Notes: generated from the sequence alone by a model not told the origin. DNA of 64,000 nucleotides from Eledone cirrhosa (GCA_964016885.1 OZ024744.1:83514001-83578000); one strand, 5' to 3'; shown: positions 29,130-46,547, counted from the stretch's first letter. Made by a program: numbers and translations.

Positions 29130-29167
<38 letters not shown>

Positions 29168-29375
29168 TAATCTCAGTTTTTCGAATATTAATAATAACAT
29201 TCGATTCGTTTGCAATTATGCAAACAAGTCTCAATTTTATAGCCATTTTTGTAGAATGAACACTTCACTCTTGCTCTTTGTTGGCATGCCAACAGAACTG
29301 CAGAGACTAATGTTTCTGGGTATCACCCTTCAGCAGTACAGCTCACTGTTCACCTGCCAAACTGTCAGAGCTAGT

Positions 29376-29530
29376 GAAGCCATGCTTTCCAGCATAGTTA
29401 CGTCCCTTTACGATCTGAGTTCAAATCCCGCCGAGGTTGACTTTGCCTTTCATCCTTACGGGGTCAATAAAATAAAGTGCCAGTAATGAACTGGGTAATT
29501 GCTGGCCTTGTGCCTAAAGTAGAAACAATT
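29376..29530 (+). mobile_element. Nin-domain-type SINE
   Basis: B box and core. Confidence 0.85.
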
Positions 29531-29589
29531 ATTAATATTCGAAAAACTCAGATTACATTTATTGTATCCAGCCATGTAGAGCGAAATTT

Positions 29590-29648
<59 letters not shown>

Positions 29649-30144
29649 GTTACCTGCCGGCGAGACAATTGTAACACGCTATAAACTGAGTCCAGATGCA
29701 TCACTGATTTTTCGGGTTTTTTTTACTAGATATATATATATACATAAAGTTTCTCCTGTTATTTGGTTAAGCATACATAGTATTTAAAATTGAGTGACAC
29801 AACTTCAAGTTATTAGCAATTTTAAGACAACTTAACCAATGAAACAATTGTTAATACTGTAAATAAAACCCTTTTTGTACTGTTGACCATGTTATTCTTC
29901 ACTCTTTCACTATATATATATATATATATAAAATATTAAAAAAATAATGAATAAAACAATGAAACAGTTCCTTATATTAAACAAAAAAAGTTCATTATTT
30001 AACGATCGTTTCTAGGATATATATGTGTTAGAATTGGCATGCATATTCAACAGATCTATGTACAAAATTCTTTCCACGATATCCGGATTACATTGAGTTC
30101 TTCATACGGATTGGACACTACCGTAAACTCTTGGTAGATTTATC

Positions 30145-30196
<52 letters not shown>

Positions 30197-30200
<4 letters not shown>

Positions 30201-30432
30201 TTTCACGGCACAGGCACTGCTTTATATCTGGAGATCTCTCTGCATTTGTCGTCACATGGTACCATGGGACCAGCACTATGTGTCAATAATTGTCACAAGT
30301 GTAGTGTTTCTACCAGAATTTTCAAGTCGCTGGCTGGACTAAAAAGTCACACTTGTTCAGCGCACCGGTAGGGGTTCTCCTACATGGATATAAAGTAGTG
30401 GCCGTACTCGAAAACGAGTTGGCAGCCACCAT
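30197..30432 (+). mobile_element. RTE LINE extreme 3' fragment
   Basis: CSVSTRIFKSLAGLKSH degenerate C-terminal zinc-finger motif, like that near 33330. Confidence 0.55.
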
Positions 30433-30569
30433 GTATATATATATATATGTGTGTGTGCTAGAATATACGTCCTCCTTTTACTAAATTTTGCTTTTTAGAT
30501 TGCATATATGCACACACGACATACAAAAGAGAAACGCACTCTCACACACATATTTATATATGTATGTAT

Positions 30570-30669
<100 letters not shown>

Positions 30670-30755
30670 GATAGTTGGAGAGAGGAAGTACTTTCAGCTT
30701 TATATGTTAATGTGTTTATTTCTGTGTGGTTAATGTGTGTGCATATATTATGTGT

Positions 30756-30814
<59 letters not shown>

Positions 30815-30914
30815 AGAATTATATCTTGTATAATTGCTGGTCCTCAATATCTTTACATTTTGATCTTGTTCATTTTTCCTTCCTCCTATTTTGTTTATCT
30901 CTTCATACACACAA

Positions 30915-31004
<90 letters not shown>

Positions 31005-31039
31005 ACACACAGAGGGACACATATGTATATATATATATG

Positions 31040-31080
<41 letters not shown>

Positions 31081-31090
31081 AGAGAGAGAG

Positions 31091-31164
<74 letters not shown>

Positions 31165-31167
<3 letters not shown>

Positions 31168-33447
31168 ATGCCTGGTCCCATTTGAATGTTACTGGTAACA
31201 TGTGACCCAGTACAAACTATCACATGAGCGGGTCGTCGGTTACTAAACCGAAATTCTACTAAGCTTACTCGGTGAAGATGGTGATTTATAGTCATTCTAT
31301 TAGATGTAAAACAAAACCTATTAAAAAGGGCGAAGTAGCATTTAAGAGTCAACCTTTATTGGGCTCCTGGCAAACTTTTGTACCGATCCACTGTTATCAA
31401 TATTTCACAAAAGTGTGGCTGGTCAACACCACCCTACACCAGTACAAACTATTCATTTGTGTTTGTAGCTCAACAGCACTACCGGTTCTATTTGATATCC
31501 CACCGTTAAGACAAAGCCCACTGGTGAGACAGAATAGGCGACGGGGACCAATAAAGGGTGTTACAGGAAGTCCTTAGCAGGAGCTCTTCACAGTGTCGAT
31601 CATGTAGAAAATATGACCAACGTGTACTGGTCGTGTCCTCTATTTAGACATAGCAATGCTTTCCTTATACAGGGTGGGGGCGATAAAAGCAGCCCTAAAC
31701 AAATGCATGCTCAACATTTTATCTTGCCAGTCAACCACGTCTATCTGGTTGTCCAAACAAAACATAGATATCTGAAATTTTCAAATATGGTGTTCAAAAC
31801 CTGCTTCGTAAACTTCTTCTGCTATTTTTGGAAATCTGAAAGGTAGAACATGTCCCTCAAGACTTTATTAATGTACCTATAATTCATTTCCTCATGGGTA
31901 CAGTATCTCCCTCCTCTATATTGCCGGTAAGGCACTTTCTCGCGTCATTCTCAACAGAATTACATCCAGATTTGTTTTATGATATCTACCCTGAAAACCA
32001 ATGTGGTTTCCGCACAGGTGGGTTATTATTGATATATGTTTCCCTTGTGGCAAGTTGCAGAAAAAGTTCGTGAAAAGAACCAGGAACTATTTCTGGTTTT
32101 CCTCGACTTGACACTGACAATCTCAAAGTTATCTACAGAATCCTCAAAATGTTTGACATATCTAACAATATGCTGAACGTCATCTTGTCTTTTCATGAAG
32201 GCATAAATACATCGATTATGTCAAATGGCGAATGCTCTGAACGCTCTGGTGTCATAAACGGTACGGAGTAGGGTTGTGTCATGGCTCCTGTTCTCATTAC
32301 GTATTCTTCTCTTTATTACTCCAGTAAGCATTTGCTGGCTCGGGCACTGGTGACAGATTTGAATTCCGCACATCAGGTGGGTTATTCAACGTCATCGCTT
32401 TAAGGCTAAACCACTTACATAAACAAGTGATATTCGTGATTTACTGTTTGCTGATGATGCTACACATGTTGCAACAAACCTAGAAGAATCACAAGAATTG
32501 ATGAACCACTTTTCGCTTGCCTGTAAGGGAATTTGGATTAACAATCAGCATTAAGAAGACTAAGATGGGAGATCCACCAAAGGCAACCCCTCTCCAGACA
32601 AATGGAAGAGGATAAGCTGGGACAACCGGAGCACGGGCATCTCCATGTTCCCATCACTGGGGATGACAAGGATGTAGATTCCTTTACTTACCTTGCCAGT
32701 GAGGTGAATCGCTCTGCATCCCTGGGTTCCTCATTTGGCAAACAACATCATCGTGTATGAGGTGTCGGAGATATATCCCTGAAAACGAAAGTTGCAGTTT
32801 ATCGCACAGCGGTACTGACAACACTTTTATAAGTCTAGGAGTGATGAACACTTCATCGTACCCACATATAGAAGCTTGGTGTCTTCCACAAAAATTGCCT
32901 TTGCTCTAGCTTTGGTTATACACTTTCTATAGAGTCTCCAGTGCCGATCTATTCATAAGGTGCAACATCGATGAGATTGAGTCATTTCTGATGCAATCTT
33001 AACTTAAATGGGCTGGTCATATCTTAGGGATGACTGAGGAATGCACACCCAATGAACACTTATACAGTCACATTTATAATAGTACACGTAATGGAGGCAG
33101 ATCATAACTCAGATATTAAAAGAAACTTATGTACAATATTACATCTACGAACATAGCCCTTACTCCATTTGAAGCCCTAGTTGCATACTCTAGAAAAGTA
33201 TAAATTATCTGCCATGAAAGTATAAAGTCATTTGGAAGATCTAGTCTGATCCATCTTCGTGACCTAAGAGTTAACACCAAGATTCGATCAAACCTTCCAT
33301 CCTACTCCGCTCAAGATCCTGTCATATGTGGCCTCGTGTGTAAATCACCAGCTGGAATAAAGTACCATTTAAGGCATAAACATACAAAACGAATTGAGAA
33401 AGATGTTGAACCCTGAAACGTCGAAATACGACGGAAGAGTTCATCAT
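31165..33447 (+). mobile_element. RTE-clade LINE, degenerate, endonuclease region deleted
   Basis: ISLLYIAGKALSRVILNR, PENQCGFR, GCVMAPVL, LLFADDA, QLKWAGH, CGLVCKSPAGIKYHLR; many stops and frameshifts. Confidence 0.9.
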
Positions 33448-33469
33448 GTATATATACATATATATATAT

Positions 33470-33835
33470 ATAAGTCAAATGTTTAAAATTTGGCTTCGTT
33501 TATTACTGCTATATATATATCGGTGACAGCCATCTTTGGCTGTGACCTCTTCAGGCAGTCCGAATTAGTGTAGTAGAGATGAGTACATATGTTGTTGAGG
33601 TGTATAACTTTGTCAATACTCTGATATGCCCAGTTCCTGGTTGGGTTGTTATTTCATTGAGGAACTGGATATGATTCCAGTTCCTCAGTGGAATAACAAC
33701 CCAACCAGGAATTGGGCATATCAGAGTATTGACAAAGTTAAACACCTCAACAACATATGTACTCGTCTCTACCACACTAATTCGGACTGCCTGAAGAGGT
33801 CACAGCCAAATATGGCTGTCACCGATATATATATA
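33470..33835 (-). mobile_element. Fold-back minielement family F with hammerhead
   Basis: Inverted repeat about 33510-33835 centred about 33672, short left tail; (TA)n flanks. Confidence 0.8.
33505..33559 (-). ncRNA. Hammerhead motif with GAUA core variant
   Basis: Reverse complement: actgc-CTGAAGA-ggtcacagccaaagatggctgtcacc-GATA-tatata-TA-gcagt; perfect 5-bp stem I and long stem II. Confidence 0.65.
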
Positions 33836-33946
33836 TATATATATACATACACACACATATATATATATACATACATATATTATCTTTCTTTATGCATACA
33901 CATATTTATATACATATACATATACATATATATATATACATATATA

Positions 33947-34067
<121 letters not shown>

Positions 34068-34541
34068 TATGTATATATATATGTATATATTATATATATT
34101 TATACACAAATATACATATACGTACATATTTATATACAGATATCTATATAGACATTCTTTTAATGTGGTTTTTGTGTTTGTGTGTTTCCCGCGCGTAGAA
34201 AGTAGAGAATGGAAGAAAGAAAATATAGGGAAAAAGAAGAGCAATATAAATGAGTAAATAAAAAAAGATTGTCACTAAAATAAAGATATACGTTACCTCT
34301 CCAGTCTAACATCTTTGAGGTAGGAAAATTGTTGTCACAAACGATAAATACGAGATAACATCTAGACAGGACACTTACACGTTTTCTAAACTTGTCAAAA
34401 GCTTTTCCATTCCCACACCACCCAGTCATTCACGATGCATGTATATATAGATATTTACATACATACATACACACACATACACACATACACACAAACACAC
34501 ACACACACACACACATGCACACACACACACACACACACACA

Positions 34542-34627
<86 letters not shown>

Positions 34628-34651
34628 GATAGATATAACTATATATATATG

Positions 34652-34685
<34 letters not shown>

Positions 34686-34943
34686 AACACATATATATAT
34701 ATATATATAAATATATATATGTGTGTGGGCGTATGTAATATGTATTTATATGTGTTAGTATGTATATATATAAATGTATGTCTGTATGCACATTATATGT
34801 GTTAGTATGTATATATATAAATGTATGTCTGTATGCACATAGGTATGTACATGTATATATATATATATATGTATGTATACATATATGTATGTATACATAT
34901 ATTTATATATACATATATGCATATATAATAGCTATATATTTAC

Positions 34944-35024
<81 letters not shown>

Positions 35025-35036
35025 TATATATATATA

Positions 35037-35125
<89 letters not shown>

Positions 35126-35651
35126 TGGCATATGTATGATAAATATGTATCTATGTATGTGGGTCTTTACCCGCCTATCTATTCCCTCTTTGCTATGGTT
35201 GTGAAGTGCAACGCAAAGACAAGGAACTTTACTTAGTTCTTTGTTCTTTTAAAAGTAAAGCAAAAGCATGAAATGAAAATAGATAGATAGATAAATAAAT
35301 AAATAAATAAGAAAGTAAACAAACAAATAAATAAAGTTGTGTAAGGTAAGAGAGAAACAGAAGAGACTCATAGAAAGAGATCGAGGAGGGAATAAAAAAT
35401 GGCAAACATAAAAAAAAAATGTAGGGTAAAATATTGTGTAGTGTAAATCCTTTGAGAAACTATATATATATATATATATCAGCAGCAGTCTGTTGGTTTC
35501 GTATTGCATACTGTGATATCTGATGGTGAGAAGGTACGAATATATTAAAAGGAAAAAGAAAAAGAAAAATATTCTGGCGCATGAATATACGTACATGCAT
35601 AAAGTTGATATGATATATGTATGTAAAATATATATATATATATATATATAT

Positions 35652-35914
35652 ACGATATTAACAAATGGTAACTATATTTATAAAACCATATTTATTTCAT
35701 TATACATATTTCAAGGACACCAAGTTAAATTATGGTGTGCTTTCATCAGATAAAATATAATATAGAGCAGTTTTATAAATAAATATTGACATACCCTTAA
35801 AGAATGAAACCATTGCAGTTGGAAGCTCCCGGATAGTGGGGTTATAACTTTATTTATACTATTATGTAAATTAGTATTGGATATTTTTAAATAAGCCGTT
35901 GGGTTACGGAGTAC

Positions 35915-35915
<1 letters not shown>
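35652..35915 (-). mobile_element. Single-arm (non-palindromic) family A copy
   Basis: Homologous to the left arms at 3549 and 8352. Confidence 0.75.
35693..35757 (-). ncRNA. Minimal hammerhead ribozyme motif
   Basis: Reverse complement: tattttat-CTGATGA-aagcacaccataatttaacttggtgtcctt-GAAA-tatgta-TA-atgaaata. Confidence 0.75.
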
Positions 35916-35991
<76 letters not shown>

Positions 35992-36314
35992 ACAAGAGAG
36001 AGAAAAATAAAAATTGTTGTATCCCAACAATTTAAATAGAACTTTTACATATATATATATATATATATGTTATACACAAACACACAGACACACAAACACA
36101 CACACATACATAGACACACACATCCATACAAACACACTCATATGTACATATATATATATATACTCACACATATCCACACATACATACACACACACACACG
36201 CATACACACACACTCACACACATACATAGACACACACATCCATACAAACACACTCATATGTATATATATATATATATATACTCACACATATCCACACATA
36301 CACACACACACACA

Positions 36315-36365
<51 letters not shown>

Positions 36366-36384
36366 CTTTCATTCTATACCTTTC

Positions 36385-36418
<34 letters not shown>

Positions 36419-36758
36419 TATATATATTAAGTATTTCCGTAGGAAAGGTAAAGGAAAGGAGAGTGCTCTATGTAGGCTACAGAGCTATTTAGTTATGTAA
36501 TAAACAACATAAGACAATTATTCCATACTAGGTAGAGTGATAGATACATAAATACATACATACATAATACATACCCACATACATTCATAGAAACATACAT
36601 ACATAGAAACATACATACATACATACATACATACATACACACACGCTCACATACATACAGCAATGTGGAAGACATACATATACATAATATGAAAGAGTAC
36701 CAGTGGAATCTTCCAGTAAAATCCTCAATAAGATGCAGGCATAACCGACCAGATAAAA

Positions 36759-37320
36759 CTAGTTAGGAAATTACAAGTACAATCCATTAATGGAACAGTA
36801 AAAATATGTAAAACATTCCAAACATTCTGCATATACACATGTACAGATGTAAAACATATGCACATGTACGCATACAACTCAAAACATACATACCCACACA
36901 TACATATCTATCTAGTTGATGTGTAAATTCCAATGAGAGTGTCTTGTAACTATGTTAGAAACCGACTCTCTCTCTATTAGTAAAAATGTGTATGTATGTA
37001 TGTTGCTCTTCTGATTTTATAATTTCACACATTTTTACCAATAGAGAAAGAGCCGGTTTCTAACTTAGTTACAAGACTCTCTCATTGGAATTTACACAAC
37101 ATCAACTAGGTAGATATGTATGTATGTCTGCATGCATGTGTAGGTATGGATGTTATTGTATGTGTAGATGTGGATGTTTTAAGTTATATATGTGCATGTG
37201 TATACGCTTTGTATCTGTACATGTGTATATGCAGTTATTAGATGCAGAATTTTTGGAATGTTTTACATATTTTTACTGCTCTATTCCATTAATGGATTGT
37301 ACTTGTAATTTCCTAACTAG
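36759..37320. repeat. Long imperfect inverted repeat (fold-back element family G)
   Basis: Arms about 36759-36991 and 37027-37320, within (TACA)n/(TATG)n tracts. Confidence 0.85.
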
Positions 37321-39121
37321 CTGTGTTCTTTCTGTTTCTGTGAAGCTTAGCTTCTTAATATTTGTACTGAGGCAGTTACTAACATATCCCAGTTCCCCAA
37401 CAATCTCAGTATTTATGTAAGTATGTATGTATGCATGAATATTTATAAGTGTAAGAAATAGTGATAAATATAGTGAGAGGGTGAAAGATTGAGTGAGAAT
37501 ATATTAAAATTTCTTTCAATTATATTATTATGTCTCTTGGGAAAAGATTATATTTCTTAGCACCATTCAATTATTTTCCGTAGAAATAATTACTGCTAAT
37601 GTTAGTAAATCTTAAAATACGATTTATAGTACACGGTGAAAACTGAGGAGAAAATATATTTTACCTATCTTTCTACACAATGAACTTCAAGACCATATTG
37701 GCTATTTCATTTATCCCTCCTCAATCTGGAAAATAACGACAAATATTATACTTTCGACTTTCCACATCGCCAAGATGAGAAAGGAATCCATAGTGGAGTA
37801 TATTTCATTTCATTTCTTGTAAGATCCAATACGTGATTCGTGAGTATTTAAATTTTAATCATATTTCACGAGATAAATAATAGCATTGACACTTTTAGTT
37901 TTTTGTTAACGCAATTGTGTAAATGCTGATGTTAATATTACTATAGTCTAACACAGAAACTGAAGTAAGTTACAAAACAATCGAAATAAAAATCAACTAG
38001 TAGTAATAATAACAACAAAAACGAAACTAGAAAAATATCAGCATTGTTACGAGTTATAATTGAGAATGGTGGCTCTGTTTTAACATCATGTTGATACTTT
38101 ATCTTTCATTATTAGGAAGAACTTATTCTAAAATTATAAAAAAATCTATGTAATTTTCAAACTGATATATGTGTGTATGTATGTGATTGACGTTGTGGGT
38201 ATGATTGGTAAATTAGTAAATGTGTGTGTGTGATTATGAAATCAGTAGATACTAAATTTGCGATAGATTCTGTTCGGCGTCAACGATTTATGGAGGAAAG
38301 AAATGTTGAAATCTGAACAAAGATACTGTATCGAAAGAACGAAGACAAATAAAAAAAATAAGTGATAGAAACTATCATATCATTATATTTCAAACCAATT
38401 TCATACTTTATATCATTGATTAGCACATTGGTATTGATGGACATACCGAGTTTAAAACTCAAGAATTTAGTGCAATGAACAGCTACAAAGATGCAATATT
38501 ATTTTACATTAATCTTTAGAAACACTACGAGGCCTATTTTGCCATGTAAATATTCTCTCGATGTAAGAGATCAATATTTTGTGTTGTTTTACTTGATATA
38601 GCAAGTACTGTCGAGGAAAATTATATGCGGTCGCTATTATAAAAGATAGAGCAGCTACATCTTTCTCAAACCACTATTTGAAAAAAGACATGTAAGATAA
38701 TGTAGTTTTAAATATACTGAGTCTGAATACGATACATGATGGTTATGCTGAGGTTAAATAACAACTATTGTACTGTAAAGATTAATAGTTTGTTATTCGT
38801 CTGATTTCCTATTAATATAATGTCCTTTTTGCTGTCAATACGATTTGACCTTAAAACATGGGATCTTCTCATAATCTGAATGGAAGCTGATCGTCTACTC
38901 AGACAAAGGAAACTATCTTTCCATTGGTCTTTTCATTGATGATACTATCAGTCGGTTCCAGCTCCTGGTTGGTCAATGCTTTTGAAGAATCAATGCTTTT
39001 CAGGTAACAGGAGGCAAGATTTAAACTTAGAACTGATAGGGCCAGATCAGGTATACAGTCAGACACTTTAGCAATCCCTCCTCCCCCATAGACAGTAATT
39101 TATTTATCTACTCTGAAAATA

Positions 39122-39311
39122 ATTATTTCTACTTTTGGCACAAGGCCAGCAATTATACCAGTGCATTACTGGTACTTTATTTCATCGACCTCGTAAGAAT
39201 GAAAGACTAAGTTAACCTCGGCGGGATTTGAACTCAGACCATAAAGTGCCTTAACTCTTTGCTGCAAAGCATGGCGTCCGACGCTCTACCGATACTGCCA
39301 ATCCACCGCCC
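39122..39311 (-). mobile_element. Nin-domain-type SINE, full length
   Basis: Complement of head (gatactgccaatccaccgcc), B box and core. Confidence 0.9.
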
Positions 39312-41105
39312 TAACCTCATCTGAAAATAATGAAAGGCAAAGTTGACTTCAACTAAATTTGAGCTCAGGTTTAATGATTTTGTCTCTACGTGTTTTCGGG
39401 TTCAATGAAACTGCGCGGTACTTTGGGCACGTGTTTTCTACTATCATTATGGGATGGCCGTTGCCTTGTGTGTGAAATTTTTTAGATGGCAATTATGCAG
39501 AAATCTACCACACACATTCAGACACACACATACATGTGGTGTGGGGTTGAGTTATGGTTACTGTTTGTTATATCTCATAACTTAACAGTTCGAAAAAATA
39601 GATTGATAAAATAATTAGTGGAGTTGAAACAATAAGTACTGGCGTCGATATGATCAGCTAAATCTCTTCAACGAAACCAGTAAAAGAATAATAGAATAAG
39701 TATGAACTTCTGTTGATTTAATCGATTTACTCAGCCCTAATATTTGGCACCTTGTCCAAAAGTAAGAAATCAATATTCGATATAGTTCTACATCATTTAC
39801 CATGACGACCAGTTAATTTAGATTCTGATGATTGTTGCCAATTCTCCTCCCTTACCTTATTAGTAGACATATGGCCCCAAAAAATCGTGTTTCCTTTCTC
39901 CATCTGTATGCTAAAGAATTCAATAATAATCAGGAATTTGTTTTCATCATTCAAGTGATACGCAAATTGTATATATTTCTGTGTTGGTGAATCAATCAAT
40001 TCAGCTTGAGCGGCTACCTACAAGCCATAGGTTTGCTGGATCAAGGTCGATCTGGAGCTGTATAACCAGAGGAATCCATTTGTTCTTGATAAAAAAATAT
40101 CATTAAAGTTTAGTTGAAATATATATCCATATTTCAAATTATAATCTGTTCATGATTTCGTCTACCATCTTGGATAAATATCCCAACATTCGTCTCTATC
40201 ATTAATTTTGTGACTAACATGTGTCGTTCTGAAACAGTTAATCACTATTATTCAAAGTCATAACTGAATTGATAGACACTTAGCGATGTAAGATTGTTCT
40301 CAGGTTCGATTCTACATTGGCGCAGGTTTACTGCATCAGTCTTCTAATATCTCTGCTAACATTTCTATACTAATCAAAACAACTCTATTGTTTACGAATA
40401 TGTCTTCTAATATTCATTTTGCTATGCTTCTGCGTGTTTGCTCGTATGTCTTTTATTGTGATCATCGACAACTATATGTATCTTGTTTCACAAAAATGTG
40501 TTTGCTTTCAAAATGTTGTTTTATTTGTATACATATGTAGAGAAGAAGAAAGAGAGCGTGTGGATAAATGAAGTGCTACTATCGAAATATGTACAAATAT
40601 TAACTGTAAAATAATAAATGGACACATACATATATAACATGGAAACGAAGAAGCAAGAGGCCTTGTACCAAAGTAAATGAATGTAGTAAAATAACAACTA
40701 GATTACTATAATAAGAGCAATGATAAAAAAAGAAAAGGAAACAAAAGGAGAAAAAAAAAGATGTAGGGTGTATCCTCAATATCATACTTGTTGAAGAAAA
40801 TTTTAAAAAAACAGCTGTTTGAATTTTACAATCAGTAACTCCATTGCATTTTTCTTTTCGTCATTTTAACTACAAATATTATATTTATGTTCACCTCCTT
40901 CTTCATATTTTAGAGAAGTTTGCATGCTCTAATTCTTAAAGTCCTTTTCTATATTTATTATATTTTATTAGGTTTTCTGTTTAACACTTTCCTGTTTCAT
41001 TTCTCTCTTTTTATTTTGTTTGCATATCTATATTAAGAAATATTTCCCAAAATGAGTTTCATACAAGCAATACACATCTATATTTTTTGGACACTTTAAG
41101 AGTTT

Positions 41106-41154
<49 letters not shown>

Positions 41155-41392
41155 ACTAGCATTTAAATATATATTCCTATGAATGAAAATCATAATTTTA
41201 ATGAATGATGCAAATAAATATCATTTGTAAATGTATTGTTATTTATTAATCCCAAATCATGTTATTAAGAAAATTACCGAGGAAAATGAATATATTTATT
41301 GAAATTAAGAAATATTAGATAACATTTTATACAAGTATACAATGTGCGTGTCTTATATACATATACATACGTGCATGGATACATACATACAT

Positions 41393-41435
<43 letters not shown>

Positions 41436-41450
41436 AAATATACATATATA

Positions 41451-41864
<414 letters not shown>

Positions 41865-42256
41865 CAGACATATTTAGGTCTATGGGGCAGACGTTGGAAT
41901 GTGTGTTTTTGTGTGTATGCAATCTTAAATCAAAATTATTGGTAGACATTTAAACTTGTTCAACGGAAATAGAACATTCTATTTCAATAAGTTTCATATC
42001 AAAATTTCATTTCTTTGATAAATATATACACATTCACGTTTGTATGTGTGTGTTTGTATATGTGCGTTTGTGTGTGAGTGTGAGTGTGTGTATGTGTGTG
42101 CCTCTGTTTACGTATGTGTGTGTATGTGTGTGTTGTCTGTTGTGCGTCTATGAGAGTGTCTACTTATGTATGGATATACGTGTATTTAATATTAGTGAAA
42201 ATGCAGGATTCATTTAGAATGTTGCATTTTTCTGGGATTTAAGACATAAAAACACC

Positions 42257-42257
42257 A

Positions 42258-42306
<49 letters not shown>

Positions 42307-42378
42307 TACTCCTACTCCTACTACTACTACTACTATTACTACTACTACTACTACTACTACTGCTTCTGCTGCTTCTGT

Positions 42379-42427
<49 letters not shown>

Positions 42428-42456
42428 GCTGCTGCTGTTTCTGCTGCTGCTGCTGT

Positions 42457-42509
<53 letters not shown>

Positions 42510-42540
42510 GTACTGCTGCTGCTGCTGCTACTGCTACTTC
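42257..42540. repeat. Compound (CTG)n/(CTA)n microsatellite
   Basis: Seen directly. Confidence 0.95.
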
Positions 42541-42756
42541 AGCCCCTTTTCTTTCCCCTTTTTATTTTCACTTTATTATTGCATCCATAACTATTATTAT
42601 CATTTCCTTCATTGCTATTGTTGTTCTTATTTAATATGATATATGTTACTGCAGTTTTGAATAATTACTTCCCTAGTTGTCTTTCATATTCGTTTGAGAT
42701 GTTTATTTTTACCATTATTCATTTTCTATTTTCTTTTCTTTTCTCTCTATTTTCAG

Positions 42757-42953
42757 TGAAAGTTCAAGGTGCTGAAGCAAATTCTAAGTGGAATGGTCCT
42801 TGCCCGGTACAAACGGGTAAAATACCCGTCTCGCTGCCAAATGCTCCTTCTCTACCAGGGCCATACTCCACTATTCTCATAAATTCTGGTACAGACTTCT
42901 GCCCGACAGGAAATTCTGATAAAATCAGTTCACTTGCAGGTGGAATATTCTGA
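42757..42953 (+). CDS. Candidate terminal coding exon of an unidentified host gene
   Basis: Strong polypyrimidine tract plus ttttcag acceptor at 42756, then a non-repetitive, higher-GC open frame (VKVQGAEANSKWNGPCPVQTG...LAGGIF*) ending at TGA 42953; no homology recognised. Confidence 0.4.
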
Positions 42954-43325
42954 GCAGGAAATGTGAAGTTTTCACATATCTGGAACTCTCTACATATCCC
43001 AAACTAACACTTATAAAACAGAATTCCAGATATAGTGGAAACCAAACATAGTGCCATAATATATAAAGAAAAAAAAACCAAACGCATCTCCCGAAGGGAT
43101 AATCTCTTTTTTTTTTTCTTCTTCAAGAAATGTGGCATTGCATGTGTGTTAATTTATTAATTTCAATTCTTATTTTTGATTATATAAGATGATGTTACAC
43201 AATTTTAGCGGATTATTTTTTCGCTAGATTAACGCACGTTTATTATAAGAGATGCTGTTTCTTTGTTCACTATTATTAGACCTTGCGTCCTTATAATTTA
43301 TAATTTATCATTACTAATATTATTA

Positions 43326-43395
<70 letters not shown>

Positions 43396-43541
43396 CATTA
43401 AATTATTATCAAAAAATATTAATAGTATTACTATTAGTTTCATTATTGATAGTAATATTTATTATAGATTACAATTATTTTATTGCTAATTATTCTTATT
43501 ATTATCATCATCATCGTTAATATTATTACTGTCATTATCAA

Positions 43542-43616
<75 letters not shown>

Positions 43617-43959
43617 CATTATTTCTTTTTTACCGTTTTTTTTTCTGAATGTTATGTCGCAAACATTTTGATTACCTGCCACGAGTGAATTCCCGTATTA
43701 CGAGTTCACATTTTCTTCAAAATTTTATCAAATATCCCTCTCCCAAGTTAAAAAAAAAAATGCAACAATGATTATAACTTAAAAAGATAAAAAGTAAAAA
43801 AAAAAAAATCCATATACATTCCATTGATAAAGTATTTTTGACGATTTGGAAGAAAATTAACATATACGGATTATATGCGTAGTTTGAGTGCGTGTGTAAG
43901 TGTGTATTTGTGCGTGTGTATAGTTGTATATATATATGTATGAATATATGTAAGGTATA

Positions 43960-45521
<1,562 letters not shown>

Positions 45522-45910
45522 TACACGATCCAAAAACTGTTATGGTTAAATCTCTGATTGGAACATCTCATATGGTACAATGATTCACTCTGTTTCTATA
45601 TATTTATTTACTTATTCATTTATTTACTTACATCTTTTGGATTTATTTAGATGACGGTGAAATTAGTGGTGGTGGTGGTGGTGACGGACATGATGGTGAC
45701 ACCAATGAAAACTACATCAATGTGATGTCAACATAGTGACAACAATAATGTGACAATAGCAACAACAAAAATATTCTAAAGAATGAATATCATTTCCATC
45801 GATATTACTATTATTTGCTTGTAATTATGATGATGATGATGATGATGATGATAACAATGATATTGATAGTAATATTATTATTATTTTTATTTTTATTATT
45901 ATTATTATTA

Positions 45911-46130
<220 letters not shown>

Positions 46131-46274
46131 ATTATTATTATTATAAGGATAAGAATAGATGAGAATAATAATGATAATCCTAACAACAAAAAATCAACAA
46201 CAATAATTAGAATAACAAGAACATCAACAACATCCACAACAGCAACATCAACAACCACAACAATAGTAATAATG

Positions 46275-46308
<34 letters not shown>

Positions 46309-46480
46309 TTTCTTTATTAACCACAAGGGTTTACATAAAGTAGACATTAAGGACAGTGCAGGACAATGCAGGACGGTACAAATGGGCATTTCTGCGTGTA
46401 AAAAACAAAAACAGAGGATGTAACAAAAAATAACAATGAAAAATTCCCCAATAGGGGGGAGACTTCGGAGGGACATCATC

Positions 46481-46528
<48 letters not shown>

Positions 46529-46547
46529 TTGTGGCTAATAAATGAAA

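Noticed and set aside
28656-29165. Repeated ORF peptide [21 protein letters not shown] (also 2074 and 20461) as a small gene family
   Set aside because: Incidental reading of the family-B element between microsatellites; indels between copies break the frame
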